The position numbers and the translations under genes are program-made. A DNA stretch of 64,000 nt, taken from Negaprion brevirostris (lineage: Eukaryota). The DNA lies in NCBI GenBank assembly GCA_030324005.1, contig JARDVH010000157.1, positions 9,971,071-10,035,070 of the forward strand, given 5' to 3'. Numbering within the stretch: position 1 is the stretch's first letter; every line of letters begins with the position of its first letter. This document shows, in pieces, positions 1-11,236 of the stretch. Under the pieces are notes generated by a model that made no database searches, was not told where the DNA came from, and was given only the letters and a program-made list of their open reading frames with translations.

Positions 1-3000
1 AGCGTGAGACTATCAGAGATCTTCCTGCTGGGTACAGCACAGGTTTGATCAGGATGGATCACTGACCCCACAGCAGACTTGGCCTGGTTGGCTCATTCAC
101 AGTTATCACTATCCCTGATCTGAACTGACAGTGAGGGATTTTGGAAACTCCTTTTATAGAGGGTTAGAAGGATACAATTTGCAGATAACAAAGTAAGATC
201 TTTTCCTTGTGGGGCATTTTACTACAATCATATGGGTCATTGTTTGTGAACTCTGTCTCACTATCCCAATAATGTAAGTAGATTGTACGTTGCTGTGAGT
301 GTTAGACCAAATTGCCTGTCCTCATTCTTCCTCCTTCTGCCACTGAGTTCCAGGTTGCAGGCTCCATCAGTGAAGTTATTGGATTTATGCGCATGCACAG
401 ACCAGTGCTCATGCACAGATGGGTATCAGTGGCCACCTTGTGCAACCATCTTGTGCTGGCGAGAGACAGTATCTGAAGGCAGCTGCCTCAGAACACTCTA
501 ACAGACATTAGATTATTTGCATATGCAAATAATGATCCCAATGTCAGTTTCAGCTGTGGATACTGTGCAGATACTTTGGCCATTATCAACATGGTGGATA
601 ACAGACTTCCTACTCATAGCAAGGATCCAGTTCCTGCCACCATATTGCTACTACAGGAGATCATTCAACACCCATCAAAACAGTGCTACATAGTCTGGTC
701 TCTTGAATCCACTTCTAATTCATTTTATATGACCACACACAGATCTTTGCAAACATTGAAAGATCAGTAGGCACAAACAATAGCTCAATTATTTTCACAT
801 TTTTCCAGAGAAGATGATATCCTTTTAGGCAACTGACAAGAAAGTGAATTCACTAAAATATCTTTATGGCACAATGTAAACTTACCGCTTAAAAGCAACA
901 CTCCTAAAATGCTGGAAATACTCAACTAGTCAAGCAGCAGCTGGAGGGAGAGAAACAAAACTAATGATCTTCCATCAGAAATGTAACAGGTTTTGAGCAG
1001 GTAAAGCAAACATGAAGATGGGAATAGAAAACAATGAAGGTCGACAAGGCAAAAGAGAGAAACAGAAATCCCATTCTTCAAGGTGGCCATTCCTGGAAGA
1101 GAAGCAAGAGTTGATGTTTCCTTCTGGATTTCTCAGCTGTGTCGATTTTACACATCCTAAGTTATGGGGACAGCAGGAACTGTTTGGTAAACATAAGACT
1201 GCAGTAAACATTGATTTTGTTTGTCGATTTTTTTTACTGCAAACTAATAAACGTAGAGGCCTTCGTACATTCATGACACAACTGCCATAGTGTGAGGAAA
1301 CTCGCAAGAGGTTTATAACTTCACAGTCTTTTGTTTTTTCACACAATCAAATAAATAAAAGCTCTTATTCATTAAAATTGAACTTTTAATAACGAACAGA
1401 TGTTGTTAGTTGATTTAAAGCAATTCAGGTAGATTTGCGGATCAGTTCCATTTATTACATCCAAATGTCTGATTTGAATATCGGTTTTCATTCTCAGCAG
1501 AGGAACACCCATTATAATAATTCTAAAACGAGCTGAAAAAAACCAATTAAAGTTGCAGGGGTAGCATCTCAATGGATATTACTCCTATTTGAAATAGACT
1601 GATGCAAAAGGCTTGGTAAACTATCAATTAAAAGACAATTTAAATAATTTTGTATGTATTATGAATACGTCATCAGCTCACCTGCATGCGATGCCATTGA
1701 AAACAACACCTGGTTCACGTAGAGCTAAACAATTTTGAATGGGTGGCTCAGAAAGCGTCAAATTGTAGCAGTCCAGTGGAGTTAAATTCAGATGCGGTAA
1801 TTTGATTTATAAAAGCATGCGGTCCATTCCAGATCATCACATCTGTGAACAACAAAAGAAATTGCAGGATTTGGGAAAACTGTAGTCCCAAATGTTCCAC
1901 TTTTTATCTATATTTTTACACAAGGTGCAAAAGATGTTTGCTATATGTCCATGCCACTTCAGAAGTCAAAAAAAAGGGGCAAAATTGCTAGCTGCTTCCA
2001 ACTTGGCGCAGGAAACTTGCATGGTCCTGCCAGTCTGAAAGCTCAGTAGCAATGAACTCCTAATTGATCTTCTCAATTGATATCAAGTTGTTCTGTCCTT
2101 CAGGAGAACAAGTTACTTGACCATTTGTGGAATGATGCTTGTGTTCTTATCATGAGAAGACAGTTTGGGATCTGTTAGTTTTATACAATAGCTTTGATAA
2201 CATTGACAAGATAAGAGTCATTACTTGTTATTTTTCTGACCTTGCACTAACTTGGGAGATAATGTACAGTGCAGCTGTTAGTCTCAACTCTGAATAGATT
2301 TCTAATAGAAATCTGTTATTAATACTGTATATCAACCTATTATCCTTTTAGGTAATATGCCTGATCTGACTAGAAATATGTGTTTAAAAAACAGGGTATA
2401 TGGCCCAGAGTTAAATTGTAGCTCAAATTGCAGGCTATAAAGTTGTAAATTAAATGGAAGTTCAAAGTGCTACTTACCGGTTTAGGCTTTTATGTTTTAT
2501 TTCTAACTGACTTGTTTGTTTCCTTTCAAGAGTAATTGTCAGTTCTGGAGCAGTGTGGGTGGTGTCATTTTGCTGACTGGTTATCTGTTTTTTTTAATAA
2601 TGCTATTGTGACGATTTTGAATATTACATTTTTACTGTAGAATGACTCATGTGTGACCTTATGCAACCAAATCTTTTATTCTTTAATATGAATTTTAACC
2701 AGCAAGGACTGGACTTGACACAAACTCTTACAGACTTCCTCCCTGGTTGTTGAGGGAGGAAATAGCAGGTGGCGGTGATGGGGTCAGCACGTTGAGCAGA
2801 TATGATGGGGTGAGTTCTTGATCAATAGTTTGATGCAAATGCTTCTGTGGTGGTGAACCATTTCCAAAGGAAATAGCAATAGTACACTAATGGTCAAGAA
2901 TTAGCTGTAGAATTGTAAGTATGACGTGGCTAGCTTCCTTCTTCTATACAAAGTGTTCAGCAGATCTGCCAGCATGTATGGAAGGAAAAGCAGGCTTGAT

Positions 3001-3149
3001 GTCCAGGGAGGAAAAGGCAGGGTTAATGTTTCAGGTCAATGGCTATTCATTGGAACGCGGGGTGCAAAATATGATTATTAGGATTATAACTGTTTTGTCC
3101 ATATGATCCTTTGGGCTGATTTTGATTGCCTTAGGGTGGTCAGAAGTTT

Positions 3150-3972
3150 TCCCCAGAGTATATCATCCCCTTTCCGCCCTGGTTTTTTTCTCTTTGTATC
3201 CCCTCTCAGTTTGCTATACGGTAGCAAAGGAAGGAAGATGGGAAAAAACTGACATGAACACGAGAGAGGAATTACTGGAGAGACTGACATCCTTGAAGAT
3301 GGATAGATGACCAGGGCCTGATGAATTATATCCCAGGCTGCTGAAGGAAGCAAGGGAAAAATAGCAGATGCTCTGAGGATCATTTTTGAGTCTTCACTTT
3401 ATATGGGGAGTTCCCAGAGGATTGGAGGTCTGCGAACATTGTACCATTTTTTATAAAGGGTGCAAAGGATAAGCCAGTCAGTCTGACTTTGGTGGTGGGC
3501 AACTTATTGGAAAGAATTCTGAGAGACAGGATAAACTGTAATTTTTGAAAGGCATGGATTACTTAGGGATAGTCAGCATGGCTTTGTCAGGAGAAGATAG
3601 TGTCTTACTAACAAATATAATTGTTTGAGGATGTAGCAAGGAGGATTGAGGGTAGTGCAGTGGATGTTAGCTTTATGGATTTCAGAAAGGCATTTAATAA
3701 AGTCCCACAAGGCAGATTGGTCAGGAAAGTGAGATTTCATGGGATATAGGGAAAGCTGGCAAGTTGGATCCAACATGGGTTCAGTGACAGGAAACAAAGA
3801 ATAAGGTCAATGGATGTTTTTGCAAATGGAAATAGTTTCCAGCAGTGTTCCACAGAGCTCAATGATGGGGCCCTTGCTGTTTGTTGTATACAATAATGAT
3901 TTAGACTTAAATGTGGGAGGCATGATTGGGTAATTGCAGATGACTTAGAAGTTGGCTGTGAAGTTGATAGTG
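3150..3972 (+). mobile_element. CR1-type LINE ORF2 (reverse transcriptase) fragment, degenerate
   Basis: Frameshifted motifs: PGPDELYPRLLKE, PEDWRSANIVP, SQHGFV, MDFRKAFNKVP, SVPQ, and an IADD remnant. Runs into an N gap. Confidence 0.9.
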
Positions 3973-4590
3973 NNNNNNNNNNNNNNNNNNNNNNNNNNNN
4001 NNNNNNNNNNNNNNNNNNNNNNNNNNNNNNNNNNNNNNNNNNNNNNNNNNNNNNNNNNNNNNNNNNNNNNNNNNNNNNNNNNNNNNNNNNNNNNNNNNNN
4101 NNNNNNNNNNNNNNNNNNNNNNNNNNNNNNNNNNNNNNNNNNNNNNNNNNNNNNNNNNNNNNNNNNNNNNNNNNNNNNNNNNNNNNNNNNNNNNNNNNNN
4201 NNNNNNNNNNNNNNNNNNNNNNNNNNNNNNNNNNNNNNNNNNNNNNNNNNNNNNNNNNNNNNNNNNNNNNNNNNNNNNNNNNNNNNNNNNNNNNNNNNNN
4301 NNNNNNNNNNNNNNNNNNNNNNNNNNNNNNNNNNNNNNNNNNNNNNNNNNNNNNNNNNNNNNNNNNNNNNNNNNNNNNNNNNNNNNNNNNNNNNNNNNNN
4401 NNNNNNNNNNNNNNNNNNNNNNNNNNNNNNNNNNNNNNNNNNNNNNNNNNNNNNNNNNNNNNNNNNNNNNNNNNNNNNNNNNNNNNNNNNNNNNNNNNNN
4501 NNNNNNNNNNNNNNNNNNNNNNNNNNNNNNNNNNNNNNNNNNNNNNNNNNNNNNNNNNNNNNNNNNNNNNNNNNNNNNNNNNNNNNNNNN

Positions 4591-4670
4591 TCATCCAGAT
4601 CATTTATAAAAATTACAAACAGCAGTGGCCCCAAAACAGATCCCTGAGGCACACCACTTGTAACCGAGTT
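4591..4670 (-). mobile_element. CR1 LINE RT fragment
   Basis: Reads VPQGSVLGPLLFVIFINDLD next to the gap. Confidence 0.9.
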
Positions 4671-5589
4671 CCTACCTCCATAACTACTGGGAATAGAAGG
4701 AGAGATAGGGAATTTAAGATGGGTCTAAAAACTACTCTTTTGTGGCAAAGTGCTTTGACAGACCAATGTAATACATGAGCGTATCACAGTGCACCCACTT
4801 TTACTATTTTACTTCAGATTTACTCATTACAGTGCTTACGGAAAAACATATTTTGAAGATAGAAGATAACATGTAGTTCATACTGTTACTTGGAAGTGTA
4901 ATTGATCATGGCAAACTGCTAGAAGGCCGGTGATGGATATGTAGGTTGATAACAAGCTGATCAGAAATTGTGTTTAATATATTGCAGGTTAATCATTTAT
5001 CAACTAAAAGCTTCACCTTATCATATTGGTTATTGCTGATTCTTTCCAAGTAGTTGTAGACACTTGGCAAATTAAGTTTACAAGAAAGTTCCCAAGTAGC
5101 TGTATGAATTTAACTAAACCAGACTTCCAAGTACATGAACATTAACAAATCTGTCAAATTACTCATCGGTTTTGTATTGAGCATGTTAATACAATTCAGT
5201 TTACATCCTTGTTCTACCAGTAAGTTCTGATTTTTGAAGGCAGTGTGTGTCAATGCTGGACTGGTTTTACTGGCTGAGAGTAACAAGCACTGTCATGAAG
5301 TGAAACTAAGTCATTATGAAATGAAATGTGATATGTCACAATGCATTGGTGCTTGTAAATGTCTTGTCACGCTTCAGGTTTTGGTAAAAACTGAAGCATT
5401 CCTGTTCGTGTGACTATGCTATAATTCTGACCAGCACTCTTGTCAGTCTGAGGATTGGACTGAGGCACCCACATGCCTCTACAAATGTTATCCTAGAAAG
5501 AGTTGCATACCATGTTGAAATTATTGCAGTTTTGCCTTTACTGTGTTCCTCTAATCTGAAATTGCGTGGCCCACATACTGGGCAAGAGT

Positions 5590-5825
5590 CAACAGTGCAA
5601 TGGTATTGGCTTTGCTGCCTCACAGTGCCAGGAATCTGGGTTCGATTTCCGACTTGAGCCACTGTAAGTTCTCCCTGTCTGCATGGGTTTCCTTTGGTGC
5701 TCCGGTTTCCTCCCACAATCCAAAAGATATGTTAGTTAGGTGCATTAGCCATATTAAACTCTCCCTCAGTGAACTCAAACAGGTGCAGGATAGTAGCGAC
5801 TAGGGATTTTCACAGTAACTTCATA
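5590..5825 (+). mobile_element. HE1-like tRNA-derived SINE with an alternative tail
   Basis: tRNA-like head gctgcctcacagtgccagg...gggttcgatt (B box), central ctccggtttcctcccaca, tail gcgactagggattttcacagtaacttcat. Confidence 0.8.
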
Positions 5826-6126
5826 ATTCTCTGCAGTTCCAGATTTTTTTTTCTCTTCCCATAAGCCTCCACCTCTTTTCTCTGAAATTTAGTTGATTAC
5901 TCTCCTTTCCCAGTCTGCCCTTTTAATATCCAGATATGTTTAAACTGGTGTGTATATACAAGATATAAAAAGCTACACTGCAAAACATGTGTGCAATTGA
6001 ATACAGACTATTTAGTGCTGATCAATACACTGTTTCGTCCTTGATTTAAAAAAACACAACATTTTGTTTGCTTTTAACCTTAAAATAGGGAAGCATTTCA
6101 AAGATAAAATTTAAAAAAAAGACTTA

Positions 6127-6340
6127 GGGCCCAATTTTACAAATTTGATTCTAAGTGCTGAATCTGGGTGCAATTCAGATCCAACTTGGAAAACTGCTCT
6201 CAGGTACCCCCATACGCACGCAGCCTGAAAAAATATCGTGAGTCTGAATTGCGCTTATCGTGCCCGAAATGCTGCAGCTCAGATCGAAGCTCTGAACTGA
6301 GCACGCGCAGTGAAAAAAAAAATTAAAAATGCTTCCCTGT
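6127..6340 (+). mobile_element. End of a non-autonomous DNA transposon (PIF/Harbinger-like MITE)
   Basis: Begins tta|gggcccaattttac...attctaagtgctg and aligns over about 200 nt with the reverse complement of 25250-25464. The superfamily is inferred from the GGGC terminus and TWA flank. Confidence 0.6.
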
Positions 6341-7048
6341 CCCATTGCTCTTGGGTTGCAAAAAGCAGATAAAACAGCCTGGGAGCAACAGATATCACCC
6401 CACCCCTACAACATAACTATACCCCTTATCCACCCATTATTGNNNNNNNNNNNNNNNNNNNNNNNNNNNNNNNNNNNNNNNNNNNNNNNNNNNNNNNNNN
6501 NNNNNNNNNNNNNNNNNNNNNNNNNNNNNNNNNNNNNNNNNNNNNNNNNNNNNNNNNNNNNNNNNNNNNNNNNNNNNNNNNNNNNNNNNNNNNNNNNNNN
6601 NNNNNNNNNNNNNNNNNNNNNNNNNNNNNNNNNNNNNNNNNNNNNNNNNNNNNNNNNNNNNNNNNNNNNNNNNNNNNNNNNNNNNNNNNNNNNNNNNNNN
6701 NNNNNNNNNNNNNNNNNNNNNNNNNNNNNNNNNNNNNNNNNNNNNNNNNNNNNNNNNNNNNNNNNNNNNNNNNNNNNNNNNNNNNNNNNNNNNNNNNNNN
6801 NNNNNNNNNNNNNNNNNNNNNNNNNNNNNNNNNNNNNNNNNNNNNNNNNNNNNNNNNNNNNNNNNNNNNNNNNNNNNNNNNNNNNNNNNNNNNNNNNNNN
6901 NNNNNNNNNNNNNNNNNNNNNNNNNNNNNNNNNNNNNNNNNNNNNNNNNNNNNNNNNNNNNNNNNNNNNNNNNNNNNNNNNNNNNNNNNNNNNNNNNNNN
7001 NNNNNNNNNNNNNNNNNNNNNNNNNNNNNNNNNNNNNNNNNNNNNNNC

Positions 7049-7295
7049 AGGCCCTTAGCTTTAAAATTTTCATCTTTGTGTTTGAATCCTTCCGTGACTT
7101 TGCCCTTTTTATCTCTGTAACCACCTCTAGCTTAAACTCCTCTAAGATCCCACCATTCTAATTTATTTTGCCTCTCTGTTGGTGCTATGCATTCAGCTGT
7201 CTGAAATTTCCCTCCTCAGCTTCTCCTCCTATCTTTCGCCCCTTCTTTAAGGTGTTGCTTAAAATCTGTCTCTTTGCCCAAACATTTGTCATCTG
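7049..7295 (+). mobile_element. Old L2 LINE ORF2 C-terminal fragment
   Basis: Degenerate FKIFIFVFESFRDFAL...YAFS...FKVLLKICLF, resembling the L2 FKIL..FKSLHGLAP...RAFS...FK.LLKTYLF end. Confidence 0.6.
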
Positions 7296-7803
7296 TCCCA
7301 ATAGATCTCAATGCTGAATCCTACCTGATATTTTACTCTTAGTGAACAATAAATCACTATTTCCATCCTTGTGCTAACAGAGGCATTGATGAAATGTCAA
7401 TTGAAAAGATCACCAAGATACACTGCAATAAGTACATCCATTGTGAAAATGGACAAACCGTAAGTTAAAGTTTTGCATGGATCTTTGAAAAGGTCTATAA
7501 CTCTGTTAAGAGAGACACAATGTGGTTGCAATATACAAACCAAAGAACTCACTGTAGGGTTGATTAAAAGAAAGCAGATAGCTATTGAAATAAAACTAAG
7601 AATTGAAGAAATAGCGCCCTGTCTTTGGGAAATGTTGACTATCATTCTGAATTATATTTCACATAACATTTCTTAGTTCTAAACATTACATTAAAGGTAA
7701 TGTGCTTTCATTTTGTATAGAATGCAGAATTTTTTTTTCCTTTTTTACCCCATTAATGTTAAAATTAAATTGGTTGTTATAACAGTTGAAAAATAAACAC
7801 AAT

Positions 7804-7998
7804 GGGTGGGCATTTCCAGCCCTTCCTGGCGGTAGGATCTTCTGGATCTGCCGATGGTAACCCCCATGATGGGTTTCCTGGTGGCGCAGCCACTGCAAAT
7901 GGCTTTTAACTTTGGTAGGACTGGAAGATCCCAGTGGGACTGGAAAATCCTGCTGGTGGCCAACAGTGAGCAATCTCAATCGCTGAAAATCCAGGCTC
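7804..7998. mobile_element. Short MITE-like element with imperfect terminal inverted repeats
   Basis: A GC-richer island bounded by gggtgggcatttccagc ... gctgaaaatccaggc. Confidence 0.45.
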
Positions 7999-9404
7999 AC
8001 ATCTCCTCTTTGATGAGGTAGGCAGTCTCTGGCACTAGTTGGTTATACTAAAAATGTTCATTAACTCAACCCTTCGCTGAACAAGTAACTGTTTTGAATT
8101 GATTCAATTAATTGTATTGATCATTGGCATGAATATGAATAAAACATGCAGGAGTTTACTGTTTAATCTGTTGTCATCTCATTACTATATTTCAAAGTAT
8201 TTTGCTAAACTTGGACAACTGATGGAATCTAACAAATGGACATGTATGTTTAGAGGAACAATTCAGTCCTGATCGTATTGAATGATATGATCTGTGAAGA
8301 TGTGGTGACTTTTTTGTTTGACACTCTTATTAATTTGTATTCTTTTAGTGGGGGAATCCCTGCATACTATAAGCCTGCCTTTATTATTTTTCCATTAAGT
8401 TAATGTATTACAGACATATTAAGAAAGTGAAACATCAACTTACACCTCTTATAGGCCATATACTATATTTAAGGGAGAATCCTAGCAGCTTTGTGCTCTC
8501 TTTACTGGTCAGNNNNNNNNNNNNNNNNNNNNNNNNNNNNNNNNNNNNNNNNNNNNNNNNNNNNNNNNNNNNNNNNNNNNNNNNNNNNNNNNNNNNNNNN
8601 NNNNNNNNNNNNGGTCAGATTAGCAAATGTTCTGTGTATGTTAGTTCAATTGATTTTTCTCCTTACAGCATGATTCAGTAGGCGATGGAGGTGAGGATGA
8701 CCAGGACATAGAAAACCAGCCAATTACTCAGTGAGGGATCTACGACAACACCTGTTGATTTCTTTATGTTATGAACAGCAGTGTTTGGTGAAATTCATAT
8801 TCAATAGGGATGTCCCTGTAGTTGTTCATCATGCACTACTGGTGGCAGTGCAGCTCACAACTGCCCTCAAGATTTTTGTCAGTGTCATTTCAGGTACCAA
8901 GGGACTTTACAAGAATTAATTTCCCTATCATCCATTATTGCATTAAGGAGATAACTGAAAGCCTGTTGGATCTCGTATAGCCTGTCAGATATCTTTCAGC
9001 AGGAGAGGAGGTTTTAATAGATAAATGACTTCCCCTCGCCACATGGCATCATTGGCAGTGTGCATCTAGTTATTTACAGATCTATCAACAATCTGCCACT
9101 AAATAGAAAGTGACTGTATTCTATTAATGTGCAAATGATCTATGACCCTTGCAGAAAATGTTACATGCTTCCCAGAGAGAATAGCATCCTGTCTTAATTC
9201 TAAGACAATCAAATATGCTGCAATTCTAGAGAATGAAGAATGGAGGTTTGATTCTTCAGAAACGTAAACTAGATGATTGATATCCTAGATAAATCTTCAC
9301 AGCAGGAAACAAATACAAATGAGCAATCTGTAGTAATCAGTGCCTTAATATGCAAACATTTGCATTGCTAAAGCGACATTGAAGATACTTTCTGGCCAGA
9401 GCAG

Positions 9405-9715
9405 GATAGAATCATAGAATCCTAAGTGCAGAACGAGGCCATGCGGCCCATTGAGTCTGCACCGACCACAATCCTACCCAGGCCCTATCCCCAAAACCCC
9501 TAGCTAGTCTCCAGGGTCAATTTAGCATGGCCAATCCACCTAACCCGCACATCTTTGGACTGTGGGAAGAAACCGGAGCACCTGGAGATAACCCTCGCAG
9601 ACACAGGGAAAATCATAGAAACCCTACAGTGCAGAAAGAAGCCATTTGGCCCATCGAGTCCACACCGACCACAATCCCACCAAGGCCGTATGCCCATATC
9701 CCTACATATTTACCT
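9405..9715 (-). mobile_element. Two adjacent HE1-type SINE 3' portions
   Basis: The tail block atcatagaa...gtgcagaa...gccat..ggcccat.gagtc..caccgaccacaatcc occurs twice (~9410 and ~9612), with the SINE body ggaaccggagcacctggag-type sequence between them. Confidence 0.8.
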
Positions 9716-9819
9716 GCAAGCAAGGATGAAGAATTTAGAGCTCAGCCAAATCTCCATTCATTGCAGTGGGACTAGAGAATTTTGATGTTGTAAATGGCCA
9801 GAAAATTCCAGCCAACATC

Positions 9820-11236
9820 TTTCCCTATATGTGCCCTTCTGATTTGTATTGTATCTCGCAGTTGAATCTCTGTTTTTCCCCCAGAGCCCTTAGCATGGCA
9901 TTGCTTAATTTCAGAACACCTTTCCTGAGGTAACAATTTTCTTTCACGTTTTCAGGAAAGATCTTTTAGTATAGTCTGAATGTGGTGATGTTACTCCATG
10001 CTCCAGTATCAAGCTTTCAGATTTTTATGATTTTGGGTTTTTTCTCAATCGCTCCCTAATCTGGTTATGTGAATTTATTTTCTCTGGGAATTGTCATCNN
10101 NNNNNNNNTTGTTTTTGTGTCAATTGTGTCCTCAAGATCATCATTATCTTCCAGTGTATGGATGTCTTGATTTTTTTTTTGCTTCTCGTTTCCCTGTTGC
10201 ACTCTCTCTTTGATAACTCGTTTACCATCTTCTTTCTCAGTTTTGCTCACTATTTCCCAGTGATTTGACTTTCCACAAGCTCAGCAGTTTGATCCATGTG
10301 AGGGACATTTCTTTCTTTCTGTGGCCATCCACAGCTTTTGCACAGATTTCTCTTTGTCTGATGCGTACATTGTCACTGTTTCGTTACATCATCCTTAACT
10401 GAAAGCTACTCAATTCCATGTCTTCATCCAACAAATCGGTTGGACTGAAACCTGGTGTTGTCAGACTTTTTATTGTGTTCATCTGTCTACTCATGGCTTC
10501 AATTGCTCTGGCATTGCCTACCACCTGTGACATTCCTTTCCAGTTAAATCTATTTGTACTTCGATGTGTGTGGAACTCCAAATGAACTGATCTAGCAGCA
10601 AAAAATTTACATTTTTTGTCTGTAATTTTAAAAATGTATTCATTCATAAGATGTGGGTGTCACTGGCTAGACCGGCATTCATTGCTCATCCCAAATTGCC
10701 TTTGAAAAGATGGTTGTGAGCCACCTTCTTGAACCACTACAATTCATGTGTTGCAGGAACATCCACTGTGCTGTTGGGAAGGGAGATCCATGACTTTGAC
10801 CCAGCAACCATGAAGAAACAGCCATATAGTTCAAAATCAGGGTCAGATGTGACTTGGTGGAGAACTTGCATATACTAGTGTTCCTATGCATCTGCTGCCT
10901 TGATCCTTCTTTCAGTCTTGTCATGAAATTGTCCACAGGCTCATCTGATTTCTGTCTCAGACCTTGAAATTCATATCGGTGGACCTAATGATTTGACTTC
11001 GGCTGGACATTTTGCTGAATTTTTCAAACGTTTTTGGGTTTGTGCTATTATATTCACTCAGCTCCCAATTATTAAGTATATTTTAAGCATTTCTCTCCTG
11101 CCCACAGAAGAATGTAGCTCACATTTTCCTTTTCAGTAAGCTACTGAATTGTGATACTTCTTGTTTGAACTTCCCAGATACCCCTCATCAGCCTCCAAAT
11201 TCATCATGGCCTAGTATTTATTGGTGTAATGGCCAT
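9820..11236 (-). mobile_element. Decayed Gypsy/Ty3 LTR retrotransposon gag-protease relic
   Basis: Minus-strand peptides appear in the expected order across frameshifts: NVSYILLWAGEK (~11120), PKSNH*VHRYEFQGLRQKSDEPVDNFMTRLKE (~11000-10910), LLDQFIWSSTHIEVQ, VGNARAIEAMSRQM, zinc-knuckle CKSCG...KCPSHGSNC*ACGKSNHW (~10345-10255), and aspartic protease KLDTGAWSNITTFRLY*KIFP (~10016-9955). Confidence 0.8.
10630..10905 (-). mobile_element. LINE (CR1/L2-group) 3' end inserted into the Gypsy relic
   Basis: ttcattcataagatgtgggtgtcactggctagaccggcatt... is the reverse complement of the tail seen at 14160-14215. The body resembles 37030-37130. Confidence 0.7.

Noticed and set aside
2293-2317. Short palindrome aatagatttcta-a-tagaaatctgtt (similar short ones at ~13108-13165 and ~23153-23172)
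   Set aside because: Short, AT-rich arms are expected by chance.
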